DNA of 32,000 bases from Gemmata obscuriglobus (lineage in GTDB: Bacteria; Planctomycetota; Planctomycetia; Gemmatales; Gemmataceae), in contig NZ_CP042911.1 of NCBI RefSeq assembly GCF_008065095.1, positions 2,940,001 through 2,972,000 of the forward strand. Direction: 5' to 3'. The notes below the pieces were generated by a model. It was not told the DNA's origin and did not search any database. It was given only the letters and a program-made list of their open reading frames with translations. Below, one piece after another: positions 30,131-32,000 of this stretch; within the stretch, counting starts at the first letter, position 1; each line of letters begins with the position of its first letter. The translations under genes were made by a program, and so were the position numbers.

Positions 30131-32000
30131 CTAACAATCGCGTTTTCGATTAATCACCGTTGGTGACAGATCAATCCGGAATTTCGTGGCCACCTCTGCA
30201 ATTTCGTCCGGTGGCAGTTGGGTCAGAAGGTAGCTGACTAGGTCTTCCTGACGGCTCTGACCGAACACCATTCGGTAAACAGCGAGCGTCCTGCGAAGCG
30301 CTTCCATTCTTTCCGCATCGCGACTGAGAGGGAATGTGATCAAGTGTCGCTCAACCGACGCACCGCCCTCAAGTGGGTATACCCAATAAGGCACGAGGTC
30401 CGACGTTTCAGGTTTTCGCTCCGCTACGCCCGCAGCGAACAGCGCGTCCCACGGGTCGTCAGAAGTCGTGAGGGCGGCCAAGCCAAATTTCGCTGCCAGA
30501 TTTTTTCGCACCGCATGCCCCTTGTAGCGGTGGACGCGGCCCTCGCGCTGCTCAAGGTCGACGGGGTTCGCCGGCAGATTCCAGTGGACCACCGCATGAC
30601 AGTAGGGGTGGAAATCGAGCCCTTCTTGTCCGACCGAGGTGGTAGCGAGAACGAACGGCCAGAAGGGGGAATTGAACGATGCGCGCACTTGTTCCGCCCG
30701 GTTGGCGCCACGCTCGCTGTCCTCCGACCGCTCTTCGCCGAACCGCACGGCGAACCGCCCGCGCATCGTGCGATTTTCGACTCTCACTGTTCCGCGTTTG
30801 CTTGCGCGGACGTCATCGACTCCCAGAGCCGAGGTGCGAAGGGACAACGCCGCGTGCATGCCCGCGGCCACCTCCTCGCTGATCCGTGCACTACTCCCAC
30901 CGGTTTTCCCCTGAAGGTCTCTCTGCACGTGTGCGTATTCATCTAATACAGCCTGGATACACCCATCGAGCGAGTATTCAATTGCCCGCCGCCAGTAGGG
31001 CTCTGCGCCGTTCCGGCCGCGGATCATCGCGGTTACTTCGGGGAGATTGAACAAGCGGAGGAGCGCGTGCCCCACCCACCCGGCCTCGTGGCGCAGTAAT
31101 GGTCTCGACGGATCAGGCAACTCCCCCGACACGCGGGCTAATGCCCGAAGGGCCGACACCGCCGGACCCGCGAGCGCGAGCTCGGCGAGAACGTCGACGA
31201 GGTCCGACGGCTGCGGTCCGAGCACCACTTTGCCGGCGACGAGTTCACGCGCGTGAGCGACGTGGGCGTGCCAGAGTGACTCTTCAACGTCACCGTCGGT
31301 GGCGCCGTCGTTTTGTTCACCCGCCCACGAGTCAGCGAGTTCGTTGTCCCTAAACCACGCCCGGGTCGAATCTTCGTGTCGTACGAGGTCAAGCAGGATC
31401 GGTGCTGCCCAGTACCACGCTTCGTCCTCCGCGCCCGTGTCACTCGACGTTGCGAGCGCAGAAACGAGCGGTCGTAAATGCTCGGCAACACGTTTCCTCA
31501 CCGCTTCCAGGGTGAGAGGGTGCTCGAACGGTTCGGCGGAGAGAGCGAGTGCGAGCGGGTCGCCGACCGCCGCGAGTGTCAGACTTGGGTAGACCATTCC
31601 CAACACGGGAAGACCCGTGAGTCGCTCATCGGAGCGGGCAAAGCGCAGGAGCGGCCGTCGGCGTTTTCGTTCGTCGGGGGTGTTCTTCGGGTCCGTCTCG
31701 AACGAGCGCATCATCTCCCGCTCGGCCTCGTAGCTCAGAAGGCACGTGATCGTTTTGGGCACCACGTGCCACGCAGAGAACACGAGCCGCTTTGTGAAGC
31801 GGCCGGCACGCTCGCCGGCGAACGCCCCGGCCGGTTGATAGTAGGGGAGTGACGGCGGCACCCAGAGCAACTCCCACGCGCCGGCACCGACCGTTTCGGC
31901 GGCGAGCTTTCTGAGTCCCGCGTGACCGGGATCGACGGCCTGGTACGCGGACACGTCCTTCCATGAGAGCAGAAGATCCGGAGTCTCCGACAGAATGCCT
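30131..32000 (-). CDS. Superfamily-2 (SNF2/DEAD-like) helicase, C-terminal part; the 5' end lies beyond the window
   Basis: Helicase C-terminal motifs FVLATTSVGQEGLDFH and NPVDLEQREGRVHRYKGH. The frame stays open upstream of the GTG at 31954 through position 32000 (GILSETPDLLLSWKD...). The ATPase N-domain is not in the window. Confidence 0.8.
   Translation of the reverse strand, partial: GILSETPDLLLSWKDVSAYQAVDPGHAGLRKLAAETVGAGAWELLWVPPSLPYYQPAGAFAGERAGRFTKRLVFSAWHVVPKTITCLLSYEAEREMMRSFETDPKNTPDERKRRRPLLRFARSDERLTGLPVLGMVYPSLTLAAVGDPLALALSAEPFEHPLTLEAVRKRVAEHLRPLVSALATSSDTGAEDEAWYWAAPILLDLVRHEDSTRAWFRDNELADSWAGEQNDGATDGDVEESLWHAHVAHARELVAGKVVLGPQPSDLVDVLAELALAGPAVSALRALARVSGELPDPSRPLLRHEAGWVGHALLRLFNLPEVTAMIRGRNGAEPYWRRAIEYSLDGCIQAVLDEYAHVQRDLQGKTGGSSARISEEVAAGMHAALSLRTSALGVDDVRASKRGTVRVENRTMRGRFAVRFGEERSEDSERGANRAEQVRASFNSPFWPFVLATTSVGQEGLDFHPYCHAVVHWNLPANPVDLEQREGRVHRYKGHAVRKNLAAKFGLAALTTSDDPWDALFAAGVAERKPETSDLVPYWVYPLEGGASVERHLITFPLSRDAERMEALRRTLAVYRMVFGQSRQEDLVSYLLTQLPPDEIAEVATKFRIDLSPTVINRKRDC

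Overview
High-GC segment that looks planctomycete (Gemmataceae-like). This taxonomic call is an inference from composition, PEP-CTERM-like and WPQ.RGPNR-type proteins, and rRNA organisation. There are four parts. (1) 1-6.7 kb is a lower-GC non-coding leader followed by a complete rRNA cluster in the non-canonical order 23S-5S-16S on the + strand. Each large rRNA has its own boxA-like box and flanking processing helix, and one strong terminator follows 16S. (2) 6.7-17.4 kb holds core-like genes: Trm112-like, a 1006-aa M1 metallopeptidase fused to an Omp85-type beta-barrel, DUF3072, a PEP-CTERM-like secreted protein, an MFS transporter, GNAT, two secreted proteins and RsmD. Copies of a palindromic repeat built from 9-bp GACAGGAT units are interspersed here. 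(3) 17.4-19.3 kb is a decayed stretch with one small gene and a frameshifted beta-propeller remnant. It is followed by a CHASE3 hybrid histidine kinase, two small genes, a PHP phosphoesterase, an RmlC-like cupin and a lower-GC HEAT-repeat protein. (4) 26.8-32 kb is accessory DNA: a mutS C-terminal remnant, an IS5-like transposase remnant interrupted by an intact 968-bp DDE_Tnp_4 IS, tRNA-Asn(GTT), a tyrosine integrase, and the 3' part of a large SF2 helicase gene that runs off the window (a possible defence-island cargo). No CRISPR array was seen. All homology calls are made by eye from motifs and no searches were run.
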